This document shows positions 6,861 through 14,929 of a stretch of DNA of 31,604 bases, in pieces (the stretch's first letter is position 1; each line of letters begins with the position of its first letter). Both the position numbers and the translations under genes were made by a program. The stretch is from positions 1-31,604 of the IMG/VR virus record IMGVR_UViG_3300014201_000021; one strand, written 5' to 3'. This DNA comes from a virus. Taxonomy: Duplodnaviria; Caudoviricetes. Under the pieces are notes generated by a model, which did not search any database, was not told the DNA's origin, and saw only the letters and a program-made list of their open reading frames with translations.

Positions 6861-7022
6861 CTAAGAAATATTTTTCTTCACGGAATCACCCGCAGCCTGA
6901 ACCTTGCTATTCAACAGATTGGCCGCAGCCAAAGCCTTGGCGGTGTTGTTACGGAAGATCAAGGCGGTGCCACCAGAACCGGCCACCAGTCCAAGAATTA
7001 GTCCTGCAATGAAAGCGTGCAT
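6861..7022 (-). CDS. Small membrane-anchored protein (53 aa)
   Basis: Not in the track. MHAFIAGLILGLVAGSGGTALIFRNNTAKALAAAN...; AGGAG RBS. Confidence 0.7.
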   Translation of the reverse strand: MHAFIAGLILGLVAGSGGTALIFRNNTAKALAAANLLNSKVQAAGDSVKKNIS

Positions 7023-7031
7023 ATCTTTCTC

Positions 7032-7616
7032 CTAGAAAAGTTTGAGATGATGTCCGAGATACAGCACTCCGCTGACCCCGATGGTAACTTCTGCGCCCTG
7101 AAATCTCCCACTCCACTTAGCGGCATTGTTTGCAGCCACCTGGGCTTCAACAGCCACCCTACCCAATACAACCTGTTTGTTCATGTCGCTGATGATCACG
7201 TTGTCAGTGGCAATCTGTTCCGTCAGTTTTAGGTTGACCACCTTGAGGGCAGCAACATCCTGGGCCAATGACTGGATGGTTTGATTGGCCAGATCGTCAT
7301 TGGGGATCACTGGGAGCGGGGTTTCTCCAGACAGCGCAGGAACCGGAGGCAATGGCTTTGGCCGGTTGTTCCACTTGGCCAAAAGAGCCTGGGCCTTGGC
7401 ATCAGAGTCCTTGGCCTGGGCTTGGGCAACCACAACGGCCTGCGCCTGCTGCTGCTTGACCTGGAGTTCCTGCTTCACCTGATCTCCAAGTTGCTTGATC
7501 TGCTGCTCAGCGGCAACCGCCTTGGCGGCTTCATGGTTGCCTTTGACAAAGATTCCGGTGAAGAACCCGCCAATCAGCGCAGCCAGAATCAAGCCAGTCC
7601 AAATCTTCCAGGTCAT
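7032..7616 (-). CDS. Membrane-anchored coiled-coil protein, Rz/i-spanin-like
   Basis: N-terminal TM helix (WKIWTGLILAALIGGFFTGIFV), Ala/Gln coiled coil, Pro hinge, second coiled coil; ATGA-coupled start at 7616. Confidence 0.55.
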   Translation of the reverse strand: MTWKIWTGLILAALIGGFFTGIFVKGNHEAAKAVAAEQQIKQLGDQVKQELQVKQQQAQAVVVAQAQAKDSDAKAQALLAKWNNRPKPLPPVPALSGETPLPVIPNDDLANQTIQSLAQDVAALKVVNLKLTEQIATDNVIISDMNKQVVLGRVAVEAQVAANNAAKWSGRFQGAEVTIGVSGVLYLGHHLKLF

Positions 7617-7708
7617 TTTGGCCCCTTCCGTTCTCTCCAAAGTATAAAGCCACAGGCGATGAAATCAACCAAAATCACGAAGGCAATTGCAATGAGAAGC
7701 GGTATCAT
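7613..7708 (-). CDS. Small membrane peptide (31 aa)
   Basis: MIPLLIAIAFVILVDFIACGFILWRERKGPK; ATGA overlaps at both ends. Confidence 0.65.
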   Translation of the reverse strand: MIPLLIAIAFVILVDFIACGFILWRERKGPK

Positions 7709-8070
7709 CCCAAATCCGGCAGCACTTCCCGGTCACATGGGATGGCTGGGCAACCCAACTTGAACTCCACGGCCCATTCCTTGGACTGGGGAAGATTCAA
7801 CCCAAGCCAATCCAGGAACTTCTGGAACAACGGGCTCATCTCATCAGGCTCAATTACCCGGCCCTCCATCTTGTGGTGGACCTCCATGTTGATCCCGCTG
7901 TAGCCGAACCCGGTCAGCAGCCTTGCGCTGTCCAGGAAAAGCAGGCCCTTGGCGGTCTTGCGAACCAGCCAGTGGATAGGCCGCTTGTCGAAGCCGACCA
8001 CCGGCTGGGGCATCTTCTCAAGTTGTTCTCTGAAGGCAACCAGGGCTTCTTCAGGGTTGATTACGGTCAT
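7705..8070 (-). CDS. Hypothetical protein
   Basis: AAGGAGG RBS before ATG 8070 (MTVINPEE...). Confidence 0.7.
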   Translation of the reverse strand: MTVINPEEALVAFREQLEKMPQPVVGFDKRPIHWLVRKTAKGLLFLDSARLLTGFGYSGINMEVHHKMEGRVIEPDEMSPLFQKFLDWLGLNLPQSKEWAVEFKLGCPAIPCDREVLPDLG

Positions 8071-8279
8071 TACGCCTCCTTTGCGTGTGAATACCATTCG
8101 GGTTTAAACAAGCGTTTCGGTTGGAAAGGGATGATAGTTTTGGTTGGCTCCCACTCCTTCGGAGGGCTGGCCTCCACAACCAGAGCCATCCGGTCGGGAG
8201 TTCGCCGGTCAACCATGAAGATGCGACCATCTCCACTCTTGACCAACATCTGAGTGCAATTCAACTTGGCAACGATCAT
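8070..8279 (-). CDS. Hypothetical protein (69 aa)
   Basis: True start at ATG 8279 (AAGGAG RBS, promoter just upstream); the 283-aa track ORF is an upstream run-on. Confidence 0.65.
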   Translation of the reverse strand: MIVAKLNCTQMLVKSGDGRIFMVDRRTPDRMALVVEASPPKEWEPTKTIIPFQPKRLFKPEWYSHAKEA

Positions 8280-8313
8280 TGGTATCTCCTTCGTTGGGAT
8301 AAGCCCCAACCAG

Positions 8314-8381
8314 AAGATAAACACTCTAAGCAAACAAGTCAAGTCTATTCTGCTTGACCGTAAGCCAAATTGGGTTATCAT
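8314..8381. promoter_or_regulatory. Back-to-back divergent promoters
   Basis: Minus strand TTGACT-N17-TATCTT (8342-8314); plus strand TTGACC-N16-TATCAT (8354-8381). Confidence 0.6.
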
Positions 8382-8412
8382 AAACATGGGACAATTCCCC
8401 ATAGGAGATTCC

Positions 8413-8610
8413 ATGACCCTCGAAACCCCGTTCTGTCCTCTGGTGGACACCAAGGAAGCCGCTGAAATCGTTGGTTTGACGTATTCCGTCATGCTTGGCC
8501 TGCGTCGGACTGGCAAGGGACCAAAGTGCGTTAAGCTCGGCAGGAAGTATCTGTACGACCTGAATGCCGTGACTGAGTGGAGGAAGAACAAGTTCGCCAG
8601 TGAGGCATAG
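8413..8610 (+). CDS. AlpA/excisionase-like HTH DNA-binding protein
   Basis: LVDTKEAAEIVGLTYSVM..LRRTGKGPKCVKLGRKYLYDL..V.EW; AGGAG RBS. Confidence 0.85.
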   Translation: MTLETPFCPLVDTKEAAEIVGLTYSVMLGLRRTGKGPKCVKLGRKYLYDLNAVTEWRKNKFASEA

Positions 8611-10029
8611 TCAACGCTTCCATGCTGGGATAGGGGCTTCGGCCCCTTTCTTATTTGTGGGGTAAGCAGGAGTAGGGGACGAGGAGGTTTCTCGTTCCTT
8701 ACCCTGGGTGAACTGGTTGGTTGCCGGATTGAAATCCAACATGACTTTACCAAATCTTTCTCCACCACGATTCTTGGCAATACGACAAGCAACTGGGCGA
8801 ATTGCTGCGTGTTCACTACCCTTGCCATCCGTGTTCCACAGCAGTAAGGCAATATCTGCATCCCGCTCAATCTGTCCAGATCCAAGGAAGTGCTGGAGCG
8901 TCGGTTCTTCTCCTTCTTCAATCTTGCGGTTAAATTGGCTTAGTAAAAGAACATTGATGTGGAGTTTCTGGGCCAATCTCTTAGCTGATTTGGTAATTTC
9001 TCCAATCATTTGGGCCTCATTGTCAAAATTTTTCTTCTTGGTATCGGGGGCTCCGAGAAGTTGGAGGTAGTCAATAATGGCCACAGAAAGCGGTTTCTTA
9101 TTGTGTTCTCGGACAATGGCGGCTTCAATCGAAGTCCAGGTGTCACCAGCGCATCCATGTATACCCACAATGTTTTTTCGGATGACCCCAAGGTGATAGC
9201 GGCTATCCTTATCCACCAATTCTGACCCGGTGCGCAAGGCAATCAAGGAGTTAACACTGCAAGCACAAGCAACAAGTCTGGCAGCTATTTCATCTGCATC
9301 CATTTCGAGAGAGGCCATGGCCACCCGACGACCATGCTTCGCTGTCTCGGCAATGATTTGAACTGCCATGGCCGTCTTCCCTGCACTTGGCAAACCCCCA
9401 ATGACAATCAATCTGCCGGGGTTGGCGACAATGGATTTATCCAGTCCATAAATCCCGGTGGTGATGAGGTTTTCTCTCGCCTCCAAAGGAAGAATCGGTT
9501 GGCCAGAGAGATAGGCTTCAAACTGGTCAGCATAATCGGTGTTGCATCTGGTCTGTGCAGTCCCCGCATTCGACATCTTTTCTGCAACCAGAGTGAACTC
9601 GGCCTCTACTTCTGAAATATCATCAGTGATGGCTTTCTTGGCCAAAATTTCCATAGACCGGGAAAGTAATCTTCGTTTAAACAGATTAGCTACCCTTTGG
9701 ACCCTTGGGGCAAGGTCAAGGGGACCATAATTGTCTCTCCCAATACTGAAAAGTTCTTTCATGGCCGAAACTTCCCAGTCTGATGCCCCATGGCTCAACA
9801 TTGACTTACCAACAACGCAGGAATCAATGAACCCGCCATTCTTGATAATATCCTGAAATCCAGTCCAAATGAGCCTGTAAGTTCTCCCCATAAAGTACTC
9901 TGGGTCAAGAGACATCACATGGCCAGAAATATCGGTGTCTGTTGCCCTGACATCAATGACGCCAATAATGAGATCACGCTCATCTTCTACCCCACGCTCA
10001 AATGCTTCACTAAACTTATCCATTGTCAC
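8611..10029 (-). CDS. dnaB: DnaB-like replicative helicase
   Basis: GGLPSAGKT Walker A, SLEM, IIDYLQLL, LLSQFNR, SGQIERDAD, IAKNRGG. Confidence 0.95.
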   Translation of the reverse strand: MTMDKFSEAFERGVEDERDLIIGVIDVRATDTDISGHVMSLDPEYFMGRTYRLIWTGFQDIIKNGGFIDSCVVGKSMLSHGASDWEVSAMKELFSIGRDNYGPLDLAPRVQRVANLFKRRLLSRSMEILAKKAITDDISEVEAEFTLVAEKMSNAGTAQTRCNTDYADQFEAYLSGQPILPLEARENLITTGIYGLDKSIVANPGRLIVIGGLPSAGKTAMAVQIIAETAKHGRRVAMASLEMDADEIAARLVACACSVNSLIALRTGSELVDKDSRYHLGVIRKNIVGIHGCAGDTWTSIEAAIVREHNKKPLSVAIIDYLQLLGAPDTKKKNFDNEAQMIGEITKSAKRLAQKLHINVLLLSQFNRKIEEGEEPTLQHFLGSGQIERDADIALLLWNTDGKGSEHAAIRPVACRIAKNRGGERFGKVMLDFNPATNQFTQGKERETSSSPTPAYPTNKKGAEAPIPAWKR

Positions 10030-10760
10030 TCTCCTTTTGAGGTTGTTGTTATGAGATCCTCAATATAGTCCTTCCACGGTCCCTGTGGGCCGAAGAAATA
10101 TTGGGGTGCCTTGTATCGCTGTCTTGGTTCTCCACAGTAGGCCATACCTGCCCGGACTAGTATTCCCCCATCTACATCAGGGTATTTAGCCAGAATTTCT
10201 TTCACCCTTGAAGCAAAGCCTGCTCTTGATATGTGAATTTCCCTTCCGTCACAAGGATCCTTTTCCCTCCAATCGCGGGTCAGATCATTAACAACATCCT
10301 TCACATCACTGGTATGCTCGGCAAATTTTGCCTTATCTGCCTTCGGCAACTTCTTGGACTGATCCACCGTAGGTGGAGTAGTAGTTGTAGTAGTTATTTT
10401 ATTAAGGATTGGGGTTAAAGGATAGGGTTCACCAATAGGTTCACCACCTGGTATACCTATTGGTAAACCATCTGGTAAACCAATAGGTTTATTTTGAGCG
10501 TCTTTTGGGGGTCTTCCACCTGTTTTCCCCACAACAGATTTCATCTCTCGATAGGCTTCTGCCTCAATCCGCATTTCTTTCCCAATAGCAAACCCCTGCT
10601 GGAAGGCAACAGACCGACCATCGACCAAAGACCCGGAGTTCATTCCACATGAATATCCGGATACAAATTCTGCCTTATCCTCAATAGATGGGAAAGCCGC
10701 GAATGCCGCATTGAAAAGGTCAAGATTGACTCTAAGGTTCCAAACCCTGGCGAGAGACAT
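10026..10760 (-). CDS. Putative replication initiator (lambda O-like arrangement)
   Basis: Coupled to dnaB; GKTGGRPPK motif followed by an iteron-encoded tetrapeptide repeat; C-terminal KAPQYFFG helical domain. Confidence 0.65.
   Translation of the reverse strand: MSLARVWNLRVNLDLFNAAFAAFPSIEDKAEFVSGYSCGMNSGSLVDGRSVAFQQGFAIGKEMRIEAEAYREMKSVVGKTGGRPPKDAQNKPIGLPDGLPIGIPGGEPIGEPYPLTPILNKITTTTTTPPTVDQSKKLPKADKAKFAEHTSDVKDVVNDLTRDWREKDPCDGREIHISRAGFASRVKEILAKYPDVDGGILVRAGMAYCGEPRQRYKAPQYFFGPQGPWKDYIEDLITTTSKGE
10426..10490. repeat. Five 12-bp-period iterons; putative replication origin
   Basis: ggttcaccaata ggttcaccacct ggtatacctatt ggtaaaccatct ggtaaaccaata ggttt, next to an AT-rich tract at 10390-10425. 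Confidence 0.75.
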
Positions 10761-11158
10761 TATTCTGCCTCCATGGCCATAATTCGTTTGAACATGGCCT
10801 GCTTGGCTTCAATAAGGCCCTCAACTCCTTTCCCCAGTCCTGGCAAAGCAGAGTCTTCCTTGAGGATTGAGTTTGCCAGCCGGAGGGCAACCTGGATTTC
10901 CCCTAGTTGCCGCTGAATGTGGCGGTAGGCAAGCTCATTTTTCATTCGGAGTGGCATCGTGCCCCTTTCCCCGGCTTTTCCCGGTATTTCTATTTTAAGC
11001 CACCCCTTGCCCAAGTCAACCCCGCGACCCATATTTCTCATGCGCCAGCCAGTGTTCCAGACCTCGCGGGGCCTGGACAACACCCTAAAACTCCATACGC
11101 TGCTGATCAGGTAATCATCCGTATTCCCTCCAGGGTTGTGCTGGACTGGCTGGCGCAT
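10760..11158 (-). CDS. Hypothetical protein
   Basis: TAATG overlap with the initiator gene; start uncertain, probably downstream of 11158. Confidence 0.55.
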   Translation of the reverse strand: MRQPVQHNPGGNTDDYLISSVWSFRVLSRPREVWNTGWRMRNMGRGVDLGKGWLKIEIPGKAGERGTMPLRMKNELAYRHIQRQLGEIQVALRLANSILKEDSALPGLGKGVEGLIEAKQAMFKRIMAMEAE

Positions 11159-11259
11159 TCCACCTTCGGGTGGATTTTTTTGTCTTGAAAATAAATTCTG
11201 GCATCCGGTTGCGGGTGCCGTATCATGGAATTGGCAATCACGCCATGGAGACTCTGGAA

Positions 11260-11658
11260 ATGCGAGATGACAATACTCTGGTCCTCATCGGGCACTCGGG
11301 ACAGGATGGTGAATTGAAAGTCACCAAGACTGGTAAGGCACAACTACGGTTCAGGTTGGCCACTTCTGACAGTTACAAGAACGAAAAGACGGGCGAGTGG
11401 GAGAAAACTACCGAATGGCATACCATTGTCGTTTGGGGCAAGGAAGCTGAGATTTTGGCTCCTATGCTCAAGAAGGGCGACCGATGGATGATTCGTGGCA
11501 AGGTCCACTATAACGAATTCACCAAGGAAGACGGAACTGTAGTCAAGGAGACTCAGATTATGGTCCGGGACTTTGGCAAGATGGAAAAGCAGATGAAGAC
11601 GGGCGGGGAAACCAGCACCGGATATGCCAAGCCGGAACCGGATGGGTTGGGGTTCTGA
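11260..11658 (+). CDS. ssb: Single-stranded DNA-binding protein
   Basis: NTLVLIGH..QD.E...TEWHTIVVWGKEAE...LKKGD...RGK OB fold; acidic tail ending DGLGF; GGAG RBS before ATG 11260. Confidence 0.95.
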   Translation: MRDDNTLVLIGHSGQDGELKVTKTGKAQLRFRLATSDSYKNEKTGEWEKTTEWHTIVVWGKEAEILAPMLKKGDRWMIRGKVHYNEFTKEDGTVVKETQIMVRDFGKMEKQMKTGGETSTGYAKPEPDGLGF

Positions 11659-12128
11659 TGGTTCCCGGAGACATCCCGGACCTTCATGGAGAGATGTGGA
11701 TTCCCTTTGCCCCAGTGGCAAAGGGAAGGCCACGGTTCATGCAGGGCCGGGTTGTAACCCCCAAGAAGACCCGTGAGGCTGAAGAACTCATACGCCAGTT
11801 TGTGTTTTATCACCACATGATTAAAGAGCCACTTGATTACCCGCTAGCCATATCAGTGAGATTCTTTTTCAAGGGAGATCCAAAACATTATCACACTAGA
11901 CGCCCCGATTGCGACAATTTAGTTAAGTTGATAATGGACTCATTGGGTCCTAAAGTTCACACTTATCTTGGGGTTAGGACACTGGGCAAGGGTATTCTAT
12001 ACAATGATGACTGTCAGATTGTGTCATTAATGGCCGACAAGTATTACCATTCAATCCCTGGCATATGGTTCCAATGGAAAACAATGCCAAACGTGTTCAA
12101 GGTTAAACATCCACTGGAGAAAGAATGA
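11658..12128 (+). CDS. rusA: RusA-family Holliday junction resolvase
   Basis: PVAKGRPR, RPDCDNLVKLIMDSL, YNDDCQIV catalytic aspartates. Confidence 0.92.
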   Translation: MVPGDIPDLHGEMWIPFAPVAKGRPRFMQGRVVTPKKTREAEELIRQFVFYHHMIKEPLDYPLAISVRFFFKGDPKHYHTRRPDCDNLVKLIMDSLGPKVHTYLGVRTLGKGILYNDDCQIVSLMADKYYHSIPGIWFQWKTMPNVFKVKHPLEKE

Positions 12129-13123
12129 AACCTCGCGTTGTGTTGAGCATGATTGTCCGTCAGGAGGCCCATTGCATAGAGCGGTGTTTGCGCTCATGCA
12201 TGTGGATGATTGATGGCTATCGGATTGTGGATACTGGTTCGACCGATGATACTATTGCCATCATCAAGCGCACGCTGGAAGGCATCCCAGGCGAGGTTAT
12301 TGAAGACCCTTGGCAGGATGACTTTGCTTATAGCCGAAACGTGGCCCTGCCTACCGATCTTGGGCCAGATGATTTTGTTCTCATGATGGATGCCGACGAT
12401 GAAATGGTGCTGGGGATGCCCTTTGCCATTGAAAATCTGGACAAGGATTGCTACAGCATCGCCAATGTTGACAAGCAGATGGCCAATTACCGGCCACACT
12501 TGTTCAAGATCAACCCCAATACCAAGTGGGTTGGGGTTCGTCATGAGGCGCTTGAAAGTTACGAAACGGCTTACCTGATGCGCCCAGACCAGATCAAGAT
12601 CCTGGTCCACCATGAGGGTGATCGGTCCAACAACAAAAACAAGTTCATAGACGACGCCGCAGCCATCATCAAGGCTCAAAAGAAAACTCCAGTCGGGACC
12701 AAGTTGCATCTGCAATATACCTACCTGCTGGCGACCAGCTATATGGACAGCCAGATTTATGAGAAGGCTGCACCACTGTTTAAACAATATCTCAAGGAGG
12801 CCCCAGCAACCACCTTCCCCGAGAGCCTGTGGATGGCCCACTCGATGATCGCGGCATGTGCTGAGACTACCCACGCCCCGGCAAATGAGGTTGTGGAGGC
12901 ATACATGGCTACCATCAATTGCGACCCGACTCGGATCGAGCCATACTTCCTGCTGGCCAACTTCTTGATTGCACATAATAGCCTACAAACCGCGAAGGCT
13001 ATTATACGGTGGTCATTGGATATTGAACCCAAGTTTTATGCGCTTAAACATATGGAGGGTTGGTGGGATAAACGCCAAACCTTCTATGATGAGATATGTG
13101 ACATGATTAAGGGAGAGTTATAA
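12125..13123 (+). CDS. Family 2 glycosyltransferase with TPR-like C-terminus
   Basis: LSMIVRQEAHCIERCL, IVDTGSTDDT, WQDDFAYSRN, MDADD (DxD), GVRHE; helical repeats (DPTRIEPYFLLA). Confidence 0.9.
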   Translation: MKPRVVLSMIVRQEAHCIERCLRSCMWMIDGYRIVDTGSTDDTIAIIKRTLEGIPGEVIEDPWQDDFAYSRNVALPTDLGPDDFVLMMDADDEMVLGMPFAIENLDKDCYSIANVDKQMANYRPHLFKINPNTKWVGVRHEALESYETAYLMRPDQIKILVHHEGDRSNNKNKFIDDAAAIIKAQKKTPVGTKLHLQYTYLLATSYMDSQIYEKAAPLFKQYLKEAPATTFPESLWMAHSMIAACAETTHAPANEVVEAYMATINCDPTRIEPYFLLANFLIAHNSLQTAKAIIRWSLDIEPKFYALKHMEGWWDKRQTFYDEICDMIKGEL

Positions 13124-13479
13124 TGAAAGTTATTATAGCTGGGGCCAGATGGGAAACTTCCATGAAGAAAGTGGACGACGCCGTTAAGGCTAGCGGGTTT
13201 GAAATTTCTGAGGTTGTTTGTGGTGAAGCCCGTGGAGTGGATCGGTTGGGAAGCCAATGGGCAAGCCTAAACGGGATTATCGTTACATCGTTCCCGGCAA
13301 ATTGGAGTGGGTTGGGTAAATATGCTGGTCCGGCGAGAAATGAGGCTATGGCTAAATATGCCGATGCTCTGATTGCGATCCCCCACAAGAGATCAATTGG
13401 CACTTTTGATATGATTGCCAAGGCCAGAAAACATGGGCTTCCCGTCTATGTGGTCCCTATTGATCAGGAGCAGGAATGA
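13123..13479 (+). CDS. SLOG (YspA/DUF2493-like) protein
   Basis: MKVIIAGAR, VVCGEARGVD, FPANW...AGPARN..MAKYADALIA. Confidence 0.88.
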   Translation: MKVIIAGARWETSMKKVDDAVKASGFEISEVVCGEARGVDRLGSQWASLNGIIVTSFPANWSGLGKYAGPARNEAMAKYADALIAIPHKRSIGTFDMIAKARKHGLPVYVVPIDQEQE

Positions 13480-14072
13480 AATTCATTGGTGATCTTTCCA
13501 AATATGATGCCTCCGTCCTGGAGAAGTATGGCAAATGGGCAACTACCATCCTGGAGTTTGGGATGGGTGGCTCGACCCAGATTCTTGCCCAGAGTTTGCT
13601 ACCGGGGCATCACTTGTGGTCCATGGACACCAATCCAACTTGGATTGCCCGGACCCAGAAGAACTTGGATACGCTCCAGGTGCCTCATGACAAATACACC
13701 CTTTTGGACTATGACCTTGGGCTCGATGGAACCAATGGCTATATGTTCGACCTGATCTTTGACGATGGGGTGGATGATGAGCGGTTCCCATTTGGCATCT
13801 GCACATTCAAGAAACTCAAGTTGGGCGGCTGGTTCCTGATGCATGACACTCGGCGTCGGGGGGATATGCGGAACTTCCTGGATCTGGTCATGGCCTATAA
13901 GGATGAGATTGGCGAAGTCAAACTCAACATGAACGGCAGTAACATTTCAGGGTTCATGCGTAAGGATGTTGAGTGTTATTACAATTGGAATAAGGTAGAG
14001 AAGCGCGAACCTTGGCAATACGGCGAAGCGGAGCCACCTGCAAACTGGCCTAGTCTTTTGAAAGGTGTGTGA
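13476..14072 (+). CDS. Class I SAM-dependent methyltransferase
   Basis: ILEFGMGGST motif I, FDLIFDDG, LKLGGWFLMHD. Confidence 0.85.
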   Translation: MKFIGDLSKYDASVLEKYGKWATTILEFGMGGSTQILAQSLLPGHHLWSMDTNPTWIARTQKNLDTLQVPHDKYTLLDYDLGLDGTNGYMFDLIFDDGVDDERFPFGICTFKKLKLGGWFLMHDTRRRGDMRNFLDLVMAYKDEIGEVKLNMNGSNISGFMRKDVECYYNWNKVEKREPWQYGEAEPPANWPSLLKGV

Positions 14073-14346
14073 TATGTTCATCGTGAAGTTGCTCGGTCCT
14101 CGTGATATTGAATCGTGCGGATTCATTGCCCATTCTTTGAGTGAAATGGAAGCATATGTGGCTGGGGTGTCGGATAACATGCGCCAATATGTGTATAAGG
14201 TGAATGTATATTCCGTAAAGGATCAGGAATTTGAGGCAAAATACCTGCCGCGCCATGGGTTTGATGTGTATATCCCCAAGATGGAATGTGTCAAAGAGGT
14301 ATGTTTGGCCATGGACCCTCACTATAAGCGTGAGATATATAGGTAG
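14065..14346 (+). CDS. Hypothetical protein
   Basis: Co-oriented and coupled; start at 14065 or 14074. Confidence 0.6.
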   Translation: MCDMFIVKLLGPRDIESCGFIAHSLSEMEAYVAGVSDNMRQYVYKVNVYSVKDQEFEAKYLPRHGFDVYIPKMECVKEVCLAMDPHYKREIYR

Positions 14347-14378
14347 GATTGCTTAACCAGAACAAATGATGCATCATG

Positions 14379-14412
14379 AGGGCGAGGCTAAATGCTTCGC
14401 CCTTCTTGTGTT
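14379..14412 (+). terminator. Putative intrinsic terminator
   Basis: AGGGCGAGGC-taaat-GCTTCGCCCT followed by TCTTGTGTTT. Confidence 0.5.
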
Positions 14413-14419
14413 TGGAGTA

Positions 14420-14929
14420 ATGATGTTGAAACCTACCGACCTGTTCAACGGCCCCATCATTGATATGGGTTCATTTACTAGATCAGTGGATGAATTCTCA
14501 GATCGCTCGTCATACTTCTATCATGGATGGGATTTAAATGGGATTGATCTGTATCCACAGTATCCGCTCTGTGTTGAGAGTGACCAGGGTGGACAGTTGG
14601 TTTGGATCATGGGTCTGGTTATTGGCAACAGGCCCGGTAAGGCGCTCCTGGTTGGCGTGACCAAGGTGCGTGGATTCAAGAGCAATATCCATTCGGCCTT
14701 CGAGGTTCTGCCGGGGATTCCCGCTGCCTTGGAAGAAGCGGCCCAGCAGACAGTCCTTAGAGCGATCAGAAAGAGAATGCGGTCAGGCGTGGCAATTCTT
14801 GCCCGTAAAGCAGACCTGATACCTTACAACGACCCAAGGGAGCACAATCATGACCTATTACCAGTACTATCGGAACCCGTATCTTACGGTGCGAAAGGCA
14901 GACGGGAAAGCCAATCTACTGCTGGCTGA
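14420..14929 (+). CDS. Hypothetical protein
   Basis: GGAG RBS before ATG 14420/14423. Confidence 0.6.
   Translation: MMLKPTDLFNGPIIDMGSFTRSVDEFSDRSSYFYHGWDLNGIDLYPQYPLCVESDQGGQLVWIMGLVIGNRPGKALLVGVTKVRGFKSNIHSAFEVLPGIPAALEEAAQQTVLRAIRKRMRSGVAILARKADLIPYNDPREHNHDLLPVLSEPVSYGAKGRRESQSTAG

Noticed and set aside
8280-8921. N-terminal part of the 283-aa track ORF 8070-8921
   Set aside because: It overlaps dnaB and the HTH gene; the RBS and promoter support a start at 8279.
12194-12976. 260-aa antisense ORF over the glycosyltransferase
   Set aside because: Shadow frame from codon bias, with no motifs or RBS, unlike the intein HNH.
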